Below are positions 13,802 to 27,224 of a DNA stretch of 64,000 bases, in pieces. The DNA is from the human T2T-CHM13v2.0 reference genome, Homo sapiens: the NCBI RefSeq assembly GCF_009914755.1, contig NC_060925.1; one strand, written 5' to 3'. The translations under genes were made by a program, and so were the position numbers. The notes under the pieces are model-generated. The model made no database searches. It worked only from the letters and a program-made list of their open reading frames with translations, and had not been told where the DNA came from. Position 1 is the stretch's first letter. Each line of letters begins with the position of its first letter.

Positions 13802-14241
13802 CCTTTTATCACTTTCAGTCTCATATTTTTTAGCTCTTTACATAACTTCTGTTTTCTTAGATATTTAAGTTTTCTTCCTGTATGTGCTTTATTATACTTT
13901 CTTTCTGTATGTTACCCATTGAACACTTTGCACTTTGCTCTTCATTTCTGAGATATGCTTGTTCTTTTATTGTAAGCTGTCATTTATTTCTTCCTGTTTT
14001 ATGTCTATTTGTATCCTGAGTTTTCAAGCTTCTGGTTTGTATTACATGTTAATATTTACAATTGCTTGATTATATTTAATTAATGTTGGGATGCTTTAAA
14101 AAAAGTTTTCCTTTCCTTTATTTTTTAGGGGAGTATTTTAATTAGTTACAATGTTTTCTTTTCTTTGCTTTTTTTCTCTTTTCCACTCTTAGATATATAC
14201 CCAAGTTACAATGTCTTTACTACTCATTTTCTGTTTTATTC

Positions 14242-15871
14242 TTTTTTTTTTTTTTTTTTTTTTTTTATTGATCATTCTTGGGTGTTTCTCGCAGAGGTGG
14301 ATTTGGCAGGGTCATAGGACAATAGTGGAGGGAAGGTCAGCAGATAAACAAGTGAACAAAGGTCTCTGGTTTTCCTAGGCAGAGGACCCTGCGGCCTTCC
14401 GCAGTGTTTGTGTCCCTGGGTACTTGAGATTAGGGAGTGGTGATGACTCTTAACGAGCATGCTGCCTTCAAGCATCTGTTTAACAAAGCACATCTTGCAC
14501 CGCCCTTAATCCATTTAACCCTGAGTGGACACAGCACATGTTTCAGAGAGCACAGGGTTGGAGTAAGGTCATAGATCAACAGGATCCCAAGGCAGAAGAA
14601 TTTTTCTTAGTACAGAACAAAATGAAAAGTCTCCCATGTCTACTTCTTTCTACACAGACACAGCAACCATCTGATTTCTCAATCTTTTCCCCACCTTTCC
14701 CCCTTTTCTATTCCACAAAACCGCCATTGTCATCATGGCCCGTTCTCAATGAGCTGTTGGGTACACCTCCCAGACGGGGTGGTGGCCGGGCAGAGGGGCT
14801 CCTCACTTCCCAGAAGGGGCGGCCGGGCAGAGGTGCCCCCCACCTCCCGGACGGGGCGGCTGGCCGGGCAGGGGCTGACCCCCCCCCCCCCCACCTCCCT
14901 CCGGGACGGGGCGGCTGGCTGGGCGGGGGCTGACCCTCACCTCCCTCCCAGACGGGGTGGCTGCCGGGCGGAGACATTCCTCACTTCCCAGATGGGGTGG
15001 CTGCCGGGCGGAGGGGCTCCTCACTTCTCAGACGGGGCAGCTGCTGGGCAGAGGGGCTCCTCACTTCTCAGACGGGGCGGCCAGGTGGAGATGCTCCTCA
15101 CCTCCTAGACGGGGTCGCGGCCGGGCAGAGGCACTCCTCACATCCCAGACAGGGCGGCGGGGCAGAGGCACTCCCCACATCTCAGACGATGGGCGGCCAG
15201 GCAGAGACGCTCCTCACTTCCTAGATGGGATGGCGCCGGGAAGAGGCGCTCCTCACTTCCCAGACTGGGCAGCCAGGCAGAGGGGCTCCTCACATCCCAG
15301 ACGATGGACGGCCAGGCAGAGACGCTCCTCACTTCCCAGACGGGGTGGCAGCCGGGCAGAGGCTGCAATCTCGGCACTTTGGGAGGCCAAGACAGGCTGC
15401 TGGGAGGTGGAGGTTGTAGCGAGCCGAGATCACGCCACTGCACTCCAGCCTGGGCACCATTGAGCACTGAGTGAACGAGACTCTGTCTGCAATCCCGGCA
15501 CCTCGGGAGGCCGAGGCTGGCGGATCACTCGCGGTTAGGAGCTGGAGACCAGCCCGGCCAACACAGCGAAACCCCGTCTCCACCAAAAAAATACGAAAAC
15601 CAGTCAGGCGTGGCGGTGCGCGCCTGCAATCGCAGGCACTCGGCAGGCTGAGGCAGGGGAATCAGGCAGGGAGGTTGCAGTGAGCTGAGATGGCAGCAGT
15701 ACAGTCCAGCTTCGGCTGGGCATCAGAGGGAGACCGTGGAAAGAGAGGGAGAGGGAGACCGTGGGGAGAGGGAGAGGGAGACCGTGGGGAGAGGGAGAGG
15801 GAGAGAGAGAGGGAGAGGGAGAGGGAGAGGGAGAGAGAGAGGGAGAGGGAGAGGGAGAGGGAGAGGGAGAG
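14242..15871 (-). mobile_element. Full-length SVA retrotransposon (SVA_C/D-like)
   Basis: Poly(A) at 14242-14266, SINE-R ~14267-14760, GC-rich VNTR ~14765-15355, Alu-like region ~15360-15730, (CCCTCT)n hexamer ~15740-15870. 13-bp TSD ctgttttattctt at 14231-14243 and 15872-15884. Confidence 0.97.
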
Positions 15872-16095
15872 CTGTTTTATTCTTATAGAAGCTTTGAAGA
15901 TATGTCCATGAACCCTTTTTGTCCGTGAGAAAAGAAATGTGTAGGATTTTCCTAGACCAGCAATAACAGGTGCTTCTGCTGGAGTGAGGGAATGGAGTGG
16001 TGTTAGTGTTTATTTGATTTCTTAGTTCAGGGACACTCTGTTCTCTTGGTATAGGTAGATCTTGTGGGGTGCAGCTTGTCTCACAGGCATTGTAG

Positions 16096-16398
<303 letters not shown>

Positions 16399-16623
16399 TG
16401 AACTTGTCTTCTGAACTTAGACTTAATATTTGCTCCCTTGCTCTCTTGATTCCCAATCCAACCGGAGCTTGTGTTGGACAACAGTCCAATTCCTGACCCT
16501 GAATCCCTGCCAAGCTACCTGAGGTTCCAGTGGGAGGACTACACCCACCCTGCTGATTCCCTGTGTCCAGGAGAGAAATGCCAGGCAGCGTGTCCAAGAT
16601 GGAATGCCTTTATTAAAACTGGG

Positions 16624-16947
<324 letters not shown>

Positions 16948-17354
16948 CTAAATCAGGTTATTGAGGTGACAAGGGGGGCAGCTGGAGCCGAGGTACAGTG
17001 CAAAAGTGAAGGGTAGTGGGAGTCAGAAAACTGAAGGTAGTCTGGATGAATTTTCCACCTAAAATGATGACTGCTAACAAATGCATAGTACATTTAAGAA
17101 AGGATAGGCTCCTACTAGCTCTTGCCAGTTCTTTCCTCTTCTTCCTCACCACTCCTCTCATGACTGTCTTGCCTGGATGACCCTCCTTGATTTGGCTTTT
17201 CTCTGCTATGGAGTTTCTACTGCCTAAGCCCACCTGCCCTTAGACCGCGGTCCTCAGATCCTGAGCTCCTCAGTCCAAGCCAAACTCCAACCCTGAGGGG
17301 AGCAACTTCTTTGTCCCCAGGTTCTTGGTCTGAGCTGATGTGGCCTCCACTATA

Positions 17355-18543
17355 AATTAAAAAAAATTGTATTGTGGTAAAATATATATAACATAAAATT
17401 GATCATCTTAACCATTGTTAAGTGGCATCAAGTACATTAAGTATATTCACGTAATTGTGCAATCTCCAGAACTTTTCTTTCTCCTTTTTCACAATACAAA
17501 CATTTAATGAAAATTGGTTAGTGAGTGTGTATAATCCACAGGGGGCTAAATGTTAACCTGGGACTGTAGCAGAAATTTAAAATAGAATAGATGCTGGAGT
17601 AAATGTTATATATTGTCATCATCTGATTCATCTTCTTCCTTCAAAGATTCCTTGGCATGTTTCTCTTCTTCTTCCCTTATATCTTTTGGAATAATTTCAT
17701 GTCTTCTTCCTTTAGTTAATTCACCAACCCTGCTGAGTTCTAATTTAAAAGGTTTATTCTTAACTTCATCATATACTATGTAAATATTTTTGCAACTTCT
17801 TAACAATAACATGGCAGGTCATTTCTTTCACCTGAAGCTTTTCTATTTTCTATCTTTGCAGCGTGCCTGGCTTTGCCAAGGGTACAGCCCCAATAACCAT
17901 ACGAAACATCTTGCAGAATTGTGCCCTGTTGTTCACGCTGTAAGACCCTACTGTAAAACTGCAGCCAAAAGGTCTAACAGCACTGCAGAGTGTATATGCA
18001 TGGCAACTGTGTCTGCAAGATGTTTTTGTGGAATGGTATAGCCAAAGCTAGATCTAAAGTTGGAAGCGTCTTCTCTTGTTATATCTGCCAAAGAAGGGGC
18101 ATCTGTCAACAAACCTGCTACCACCATTCCAACATGCCAATCAATATTAAAAAGTCTTTTGTTGGAGCCTTCTTCATAAAGTTTAGGAAGACTCCCTTTT
18201 CTACCCCAAAGCCACCACCATCTTTACATCTGAGTCCAGTGGCTGTACTATTTTCCACAGCCTTCACAGCATATTCAACTCAAAAAACTCTTCCATCAGG
18301 AGAGAATGTAGAGACTGACAAGTCATACCTGGTGTCAATTGAGCTCTTTGTTTTAAAACCAGTAGAACGCGTAGGGCTTCCAGGCCTCCAGAAACTTTTC
18401 ATCTTATAAAACTGAAACTTTATACTAATTAAACAGTAACTCCCCATCCTTTCCTCCCCCTAGTCCCTGGCAACCACCATTCTACTTTCTGTATGAATTT
18501 GATGACTCAAGGTAGCTTTTATAAATAGAATCACATAGTATCT

Positions 18544-18581
<38 letters not shown>

Positions 18582-19430
18582 TGACTGGCTTATTTCACTT
18601 AGCATAACATCCTCAAGGTTCATCCATGTTGCAGTATGGGTCAGAGTTTCCTTCTTTTTTAAGGCTGAATAATATTCCATTGTACATATGTACCACATTT
18701 TGTTTATCCATTCATCTGTTGATGGACATTTGGGTTCCTTCTACTTTTTGGCATTTGTTAATAAATGCCGCTATTAACATATCTTTTTGTGACCCTGCTT
18801 TCAACTCTTTTGGGTATATATTCAGAAGTAGAACTGCTAGACAATATGGTAATTCTATTTTTGATGTTTTGAGAAATCGCCATACTGTTTTCCATAGTGA
18901 CTGCACCTTTTTACATTCCCACCAATGGGGCACCAGGGTTCCAATTTCTCCACATCCTCACCAACACTTATTATTTTTTGATAGTAGCCATTCTAATGGG
19001 TGTGAGATGGCATCTCATTGTGGCTTTGATTATTTCCCTAATGATTAGTAACGTTGAGCATTTTTTCGTGTGCTTGTTGGCCATTTGTATATTTTCTTTG
19101 GAGAAATGACTGTTCAAGTCTTTCATAAGAGTTCTTTATAGAGTCTCAATATTAACCCCTTATCAGATATATGATGTGCAAATATTTTCTCCCATTCTAT
19201 AGCTTGCCTTTTCACTCTGTTGATTGTATCTTTTGATATACAGAAGTTGTGAATTTTGATGTAGTCCAGTTTATCTGTTTTTTCTTTTGTTGCCTATACG
19301 TTTGATGTCATATGCAGGAGATCACTGCCAAATCTAATGTCATGAAGTTTTCCACGTACGTTTTCTTGTAAGCATTTTATAATTTTAGGGCTTATGTTTA
19401 GGTCTTTGATCCATTTTGAGTTAACTTTTT
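17355..19430 (-). mobile_element. Old L1 (L1MA/L1MB-like) 3' portion hosting the PSMA3 retrocopy
   Basis: ORF2 C-terminal similarity ([24 protein letters not shown]). L1 sequence is collinear across the pseudogene insertion. T35 run at 18546-18580. Confidence 0.85.
17478..18385 (-). pseudogene. Processed pseudogene of PSMA3 (proteasome subunit alpha type 3)
   Basis: Intronless. Translates SSIDTRYDLSVSTFSPDGRVF... through ...[26 protein letters not shown], matching recalled PSMA3. Start codon mutated to AAG at 18348-18346, with frameshifts. ATTAAA at 17508-17503, decayed poly(A), TSD ctccagaa(a)cttttc at 17464-17477 and 18386-18400. Confidence 0.92.
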
Positions 19431-19636
19431 TTATGTGGGGTATGCACTATCATTTTTGCTCAGAGTTTCCAACATGTAGCAGTGATAACACAATGCAGTT
19501 AAGAAATGGACTCCCATATTTCTACCCTTGGATTTTAGGCGAAAATATGTCCTTCTTTCCCTTTCCCAACAAACACTTGCCCCTAGTCATGAAAGAGGCC
19601 ATAAAAATGTAAGAAAACCAATGCAAAAATTTATAT

Positions 19637-19642
19637 TTTATT
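19637..19642 (-). terminator. CSMD2 distal poly(A) signal AATAAA
   Basis: tttatt on the + strand; a second copy at 19824-19829. Confidence 0.65.
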
Positions 19643-21926
19643 TGAATTCAAAAAATTTAAAATTGCTTTCAAATTCAGGAAAGTACCATAATGCAGGACC
19701 CCAGGGGGAAGCCTCATATACAGAGACAGATAAATTAAATGTATATACTGCAGACAAGCCAAGAAGGTGTGTAGATTACATATTTACAGCACTTGATGTT
19801 TTCTGAAAACCATATTTATACATTTTATTACATTTACAAAAAAGGCTTCCACTACCGTTTACCTACAATAATGAAAAAAAAATTTACACCTTTTTTTTTT
19901 CTTTTTTGGTACTGTACAAACTTTGTATAATAAAAATATATCTCTGTACAAAAGATTTTTTTTGTCTTTGTTTTACTTTTTTTTTTTTCCTCATGGGATG
20001 GTGATGGGTATATGGCGTAGATGGTGGGTGAAGGGCCTCATCTGCCCTGTTCCCTTCCAAGCCTCTGGAGGTGGAGAGAAATGTCAGGGGTGCGGAGGGT
20101 GATGCCCAGCAGAGTGCTGGGTGCCCCACCAGCAGGTGCTCCTCGAGCATCTCATGGAACTTTACAAGGAGACGCAGGGGAGGGGTGGGGGGCGGGAATA
20201 GGCATCCGCTGGGTGGTCTGAGAGGGGCATAAGAAGGGGGAAGGGAGCAGTCGAAGGAGAGGAGTGTAAGGGGGAAGGGAGCATAAGAAATTGGGAGGGG
20301 AGCTTCCTGCACTTGTTTCCAGCCAAGGAAAGAGATGAGAGTGTGAGTGTGTCTGGATTGGCCCTCTCCCTCCAGGCCCAGGGGGGTGCCGTGTCCCAGA
20401 GGTGGTGTGGCCAGGGGTAGGCTCCTGCCTCTGTCAGCCTCCATTGTGTCTGCTGGAAATGGACGCCTCTCACTTTCCTCTGGCCACTCTTAACATCAGT
20501 CAGATCTTCTAATTGTTCCAATCTAGAATTTGCTTAAGAACCAGGTGTCGCTGTCCCTCCGCTCCTGCACATTTCTATTTGCTATTTCAATATGTGACAT
20601 GAATCTCTGAGGCCAGCATGTCACACGTATACAGGGGCTTAAGCTTGTGGGGGCCTTCCCGAGGACAGAGAAAGTGGCCCTAAATGCTATACTTTGATTC
20701 CTAAACTCATGAACTTCCCAACAATTCTCATGGAATTCATGAACGACCCAAGCATGATATAGCTGTCAAAATCAATCAAACCCACTCGCAAGGAGCTGGA
20801 GAGGTGTGACTTTCAGCCACTCTGTTGTTTTGATTCAGGACCTGCCAGGTCTTTTGCTGGCTATGGTCAGCGGCTGCTGGGAGCCAAGGAGCCAGCACCA
20901 ACCGTGGGAGGCCTGGGGAGTTGAATCCTTGCCCCGAAGCTGCCTACGCGGAGACAGCAGAACCCAGATAGGACACACAGGTGTCTTGCCTGGCTTTCCA
21001 GACCTGGCCACAGTGCTACTGTAGAGTTTCATCGGCTCCTCCCTTCTTAGCTGCCCCTTCTAGAACAGGGTTTCTGGCAGCTGGTGTAGTGGACTTTGGG
21101 GCAGACTGATCTGGGTTTGCATTCTGACTCCACACTTCCTAACTCTGTCTTTACCTTTGCAGGCTTCTGTTTTCTCATCTGTCAAAGGGGAATAACAAAT
21201 CCTACATTTTGGTGTTATTGTGCAGACTAGAAATACTATAGGTAAAGTGTCAGGCACAGAGAATAACCCCAGTACATGATAGCCATTGTTTTTTGGGTAC
21301 TGGGGCAGGCTTGCTCCCCTGTTCTCTCAAGGACCCTGCTGCTGCCCCCAGACTTGGCACCCTGTCTGGGCCACAGACTTGTCTTCTCTTCTCTTTGTCA
21401 GTTGACAGCCAGACTTGACCTTGGGCTCCTGGCCAGACTCCTGCCCTATCCTCCCCGGCTCTCCCTTCTTTCCCAGTGCTTCCCAGGACCCAAATGACTT
21501 TTTAATCCACTGGGTTTAGAACTCAATAAAACAGTGTTTGAAAAAAATAAAGAAACTGATTTTCAATCTATTTCCAAAGACTTTTTTCCTGCCCTTGGGG
21601 TAATCCTTGCTGCCGCTGTGCAGATGGGCCGTTCATCAGCAGACAGCTGGTTTCTGCACGCTGACCGGGTTTCTGCACTCTGACCGCATGATGGGATGTG
21701 TCCTACTGTTACAGTCACCGAGTCACCATGTCCTCACACATGGGATGGGCGGGGGGCATATTGTTTTGAAAGCTGACCGTACCTCCCCCTCTTCATCTCT
21801 TCTCTGTGTGGGGAACAGGGCATGAAGCATCCTTCATGCGCACTTCTAGTTTTGAAGCCTTTATGGTCTCTTCCATAGGACGTGAATGAAGGAGAGGTGT
21901 GTGTGTTTGTGTGTGATCAGGCCCAT

Positions 21927-21950
21927 ACACACACACACACACACACACAC
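21927..21950. repeat. (AC)12 microsatellite in CSMD2 3' UTR
   Basis: Direct reading. Confidence 0.95.
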
Positions 21951-24094
21951 AGATCCACAAGTTGCTTTGCTATTTTAAATCCATAAACTTTCTTCCTCTG
22001 TCTGCAGCCCCTCTTCCTTTTCTGCCTTTTCAGGACACGGCAGGAGTCCTCTCCAGGGTAACTGGCATAGATGGCGGCAGGGCGAGGGCCTGAGTCCCAG
22101 CAGTAGCAGACACAGGCAAGGAGACGAACGAAGATGGGCACTGGGCACTGTGCTCAGGGGAGCCTACTTCCTGCCCCCTGGGGAACTGGGAACAAACAGA
22201 TCACACCTGAGTTTGCAAAGAAAAAAGAGGCAGTGGGAGGGGAGGGGCCGGGAGCAGAGGAGGAAAAGCAAAGCGGCAAAGAAAAGAAGGCACAAGCGGG
22301 AAAGAGATGAGTCACCTCAATCTTCACTTTGATTTTTAATCTTCCCAGGTTGGGGATGGGGGTAGGTAGGGAATACGTGCAGCAGAACATGTATTTTTCT
22401 GTCTTTTTCCCTTGCAGGGCCAACTTCGCCATTAGACCTGGAGGCCCAGTGCTTGGGGGCCACCATACTTTTAGGAACCCAGGAAAACATTCTAATTTTA
22501 GTTTCTTTCAAAATCAGATGAAAAAAAAAATGACTAGGATAATAATGGCTCTGTAATAAAGAATCCAGGCTGGATTATATTCATTTTTGTAGTGACACAG
22601 TTGTGAAATCTCATTTTTGATACTTTTTTTTAATGGAGGAAGGGTTGGCAAACATCATCACACAGCCCTGTTCCCCCGCCCTGTTACTCACTGACCGCAC
22701 AGGCCTCGTTGCTTCCTTAGTAGGGTGTTTATTTTAATTTCAGCTTTTCTCCTTGGCATTATTTAAAAAAAAATTACCATCTAGTCACTCATTTGCAATG
22801 TGTGTGTGACTGTTCAGGGTGGCTCTTGCTTTCTTTATGCTCCAGCTGTGGGCAGAAGTGGTCAGAGGGGCCCTGCTGGAGACCTGTGGGCTGGGCAGTG
22901 GGTTCAGAGCCTGCTGGCAAGGGGCCAATGCTGAGGGCTGGCCAGATGTGGAGCCACCAACCCCAGCCGACCCGGAGGTGACAGCATGGCGCACACCAGC
23001 ACCTGGAACCCAGCAGAACCCAGGTGTGGAGCAAGAGTGACTGTGTGGAGGTCAGTGGCATTCTTGTTTCTTTCTTACACTGTTCAATAATTCATGCAGT
23101 GAATCAGATTCATCACTGATCATCTCCAAGCCCCGATTTACATCATCAGAGGGGATTTTTCTTTTTCTCTTTTGCCTTCTATTGATAAGAGTTCTGAGAA
23201 GGAAAAAATAAAGATTGGGCATACAGATGAAACTTGAGGAGTAATTTTGGCATGCTAAAACAATCCCACTGGAATAAGGGGGAACCCTTATTTAAATGTT
23301 TGTTTTGGAGAGACGTAAAAAGATGGGGAAAAGCTCTTTCCATAAATTGTTTGTATTCAGGAGCTGCATCTGCTGAGTCCCTGACTCACTCACCATCTGG
23401 GACTCAGGCTGAAACTGTGAAATCCTCCAGGAGTTGTGAGGCAGAAAGGGAGTAAAGCACGTCAGGGGCTGGGCAGTGATAATGACATTTGCTGCTCTTG
23501 TAACCCCCTCCGCAGGAACTGTCCCCACCATCTCTGTTGGTGGCCTTTGCAGGCACCCTCATAAAAGCCTGTTTCCTCGCTGCACTGCCATTTGTGTGTG
23601 GCTGGGAGAATCTGCCACGTGAGCGGCCATGCACAGGAGCGTGGGGAGGGAGCGCAACACTAGCCCTGGGTTTGGCTGGTGGCCCACTTGGCGGATTTTC
23701 CACCGCCCTCACTGGGAATCCCTACCTGGCTGGCTCTGTGACTCTTCTCCCCAGAGTCCTTCAGCACAGGACCTGAGAGGGGGCACCTGCCTATCCCCAG
23801 AAAGCGGGATGTGTGGGAGAAGACAGTTCTCAGAGGGGTGCAGCTTGGACATCGTGTTGGGGCAACTCCTGAAGGGTCATAGGTCCCAGAGGTGAGGGTG
23901 TCATCGAAGGAGGACACAGTGAGGAAGAGGCAGTGCCTTTTAGATTCATCAGTTCCTTCCCAGTGGGCCTGTCAGATGCATGCCTGTGTGCATGTATGCG
24001 TATGTGTGTGTGTGTGTGCATGACCGTGTACACGTGTGGGTGTGTCTGCCCCCTGTCTATATTTCCGGGAGCTCCTCCCCTCTGTTGTGCTCAA

Positions 24095-24707
24095 TGTGGG
24101 GAATTTTGTAAGTAAACCTGCCTAGGCTATGGTGCTCAGTTGATGGGTCAAACACCAATCTGGATATTGCTGTGAAGGTATCTTTTTAGATAAAATTAAC
24201 TTTGAAATCAGTAGACTTTGAGTCTCCATAATGTGTGTGGGCCTCGTTCAATCAGCTGAAGGCCTTAAGAAAAAGACTGAGGTGCTCCAAAGAGGAAGGA
24301 ATTCCGTCTCTGACTGCTTTTGGACTCAAGATGACAGCATCAACTCCTGCTGGAATTTCTAGCCTGCTGGCCTGCCCTTTAGATTTCCACCTTGCCAGCC
24401 AATTCCTTAGATGAATCTCTCTCTCTAAATATATATTTATTTATATTTCTATCTCTATATAACATTTACATATAGCTCTACGGAGATGCGTATCTATATA
24501 TAGATGGATAGGTATGGATATATCTTGATATGGGGTATATGTATTGCGTTTATAGTGTATGAATGTATATATATACACAATATACCTATATACACAGATA
24601 TATGTGCATCTCTGTATAGCTCTACAGATCTCCAGGGCTTGACTTCGACCCAGAGGATGTATATATCCAGTTGGTTCTGTTTCTCTAGAGAGAAACAGAC
24701 TAGTACA
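24095..24707 (+). mobile_element. MLT2 (ERVL) LTR with internal AT-rich expansion
   Basis: gatattgctgtgaaggta...aatcagtagactttgagt...tcagctgaaggccttaaga...ttggttctgtttctctagag...gactagtaca. Confidence 0.7.
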
Positions 24708-24947
24708 TGCCGATGTTCTGCCAAGCCCAGGGGTGAGGAGCAGTTTCTGGAGCCAGTCAGCCTGGGATTGGATTTCGACCCCACCCCTTCTGAGCTGTGT
24801 GACCTTGCTCAAGTTAGTTTCTATGCAGCTCAGTTTTCTCATCTGTAATGGGGCTCCCACAAGCTTCTACCTCACAGGGCGTGCAGGGATTCAATATATT
24901 AGATCCACAAAGGGCCTGGTTCAGTGCCTGTTACACAATGATGCTCA

Positions 24948-25619
<672 letters not shown>

Positions 25620-27068
25620 CTACCCTCCCCGACTATACACTCTTGGGAAGCAGGGCTGCCACTCAGGGTGCTCCTCACTCCTGCTCAGCACGGGAGGCAG
25701 GTGTGCCCAGGGCTGCCCGCCTGCCTCCACGTGCACACTCAGTCCTTGGGGGCAGGGTCCTGCATGCATCTACCTTGTGCTGCTCAGATGGCACCCAGAG
25801 GACCATCCGCAGAGGAGCCTGAAACCATGGCTCAACAGAAACTTTTACAAGGGTGCAGCCCTTTAGAAGTCTCTAAAGTTCTTTTGGCTGTAGCAGCCTT
25901 TTATCAGATGAAACCTTACAGGCACAACAAAATATAAGACAGATGAAGGTGAAACTGTTCTGGTTGAAGCTGAAGCATCTCCTTCTGAAAGGCTGCCTCT
26001 CCTCCTTCCTCACCCTCCCCTGCAGACTGGGAAGGCTCAGAAGAACACAAGTAGAAACTGTGGCCCCAGTAGGCACCCTGCTAACTGAGGGGCTGGGGCT
26101 CTGAGAGGGGACAGGATGTCTGCTGTGGAGCCAGAACAAAAACTGTGATTTTCTAAGGCCTTTGCAGCGTGCCTGGCCATCTTGCAGTAGGTGAAGGGTG
26201 CTGTGTGGAAGACAGTGGTCTCAGTCCATGCAGCTCATGAGGGCAGAGCTGGGACAACTCCGGGGGAGGAGCAGTGTGGGTGGGAAAGGGTGGGAGCAGA
26301 CCGTGGCTCAGTCCAGAGAAGCTTTCAGGAGCTTGGAGCCAGAGGACATGGAGTGGACTGCCTTGGCAGGCAAGGGCCCCGGCGATGGGAGGTGTCAGTG
26401 CCTGGGGTACAGAGAGGCTGTCACGCACCTGCGGCTGCCTCCTGTTTCCCCCTCCCCTGCTTCTGAGAAACCAGACCCCTCCCCCCACCAGAGTCTGAGG
26501 CTGGGCACCCAGAGGCTCTGGGCCAGGACAAGGCTCCAAGGTGTGGATGTTTGACATGGATGACAGGAAGCACGCTAGGTAAAGAGGCCAGGGAAGGACC
26601 AGGGAGGGAAGTGGCCTTAATGCTCAGTTTTCTTATCTGTAAAATGGGCACAAAACCAGTCTTCTAGGGCTGGGCTAGGGCAGAAACGACATCACAGTCA
26701 AGGCACCCTGAGAGCTCTAAGACACTCCACAGTGTCGTTGTTTGTTGAGGCAGGGGTGACACCCAGGGCTGGCTGGAGGGTGTGGCTGGGGGCTGTATCT
26801 AAGAGCCAATGTCCCTGGAGTTGGGGGCTCTCCTCTCCAGGTCTGAACAGGAAACTTTGTCAAAGGTTGAGTGGGTTATGCACATGTGTTTGCTTTTGGA
26901 GAGATATTCCATGGCTTTTGTCAGAATCTCAAGAGGCATCCCTGATCCCAAAGAGGCCAAAGCACCCCCGCCTCAGACTGTTCAACTTCCCCAGTCCTCT
27001 ACCTGACCACGGCACACACGGTTTCTCTCCCACCCACCCGGGCCCACACTTCCGGGGGACAAGCACTA

Positions 27069-27224
<156 letters not shown>

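Larger units (their letters stand above)
19615..22206 (-). other. CSMD2: Predicted CSMD2 terminal non-coding exon (3' UTR)
   Basis: Acceptor ctcttttttctttgcaaactcag|gtgtg at 22207/22206; AATAAA (minus) at 19829-19824 and 19642-19637; UGUA-rich end; largely repeat-free. Confidence 0.7.

Noticed and set aside
14272-15911. Many overlapping GC-rich ORFs, including the ERERER tract
   Set aside because: All lie within SVA SINE-R, VNTR, Alu-like and hexamer sequence.
17606-18409. Functional proteasome subunit gene
   Set aside because: Start codon lost, frameshifts present, intronless with TSD: a processed pseudogene.
20176-20300. G-quadruplex-like G runs in the CSMD2 3' UTR region
   Set aside because: The G-rich strand is antisense to the mRNA and such runs are common; no further support.
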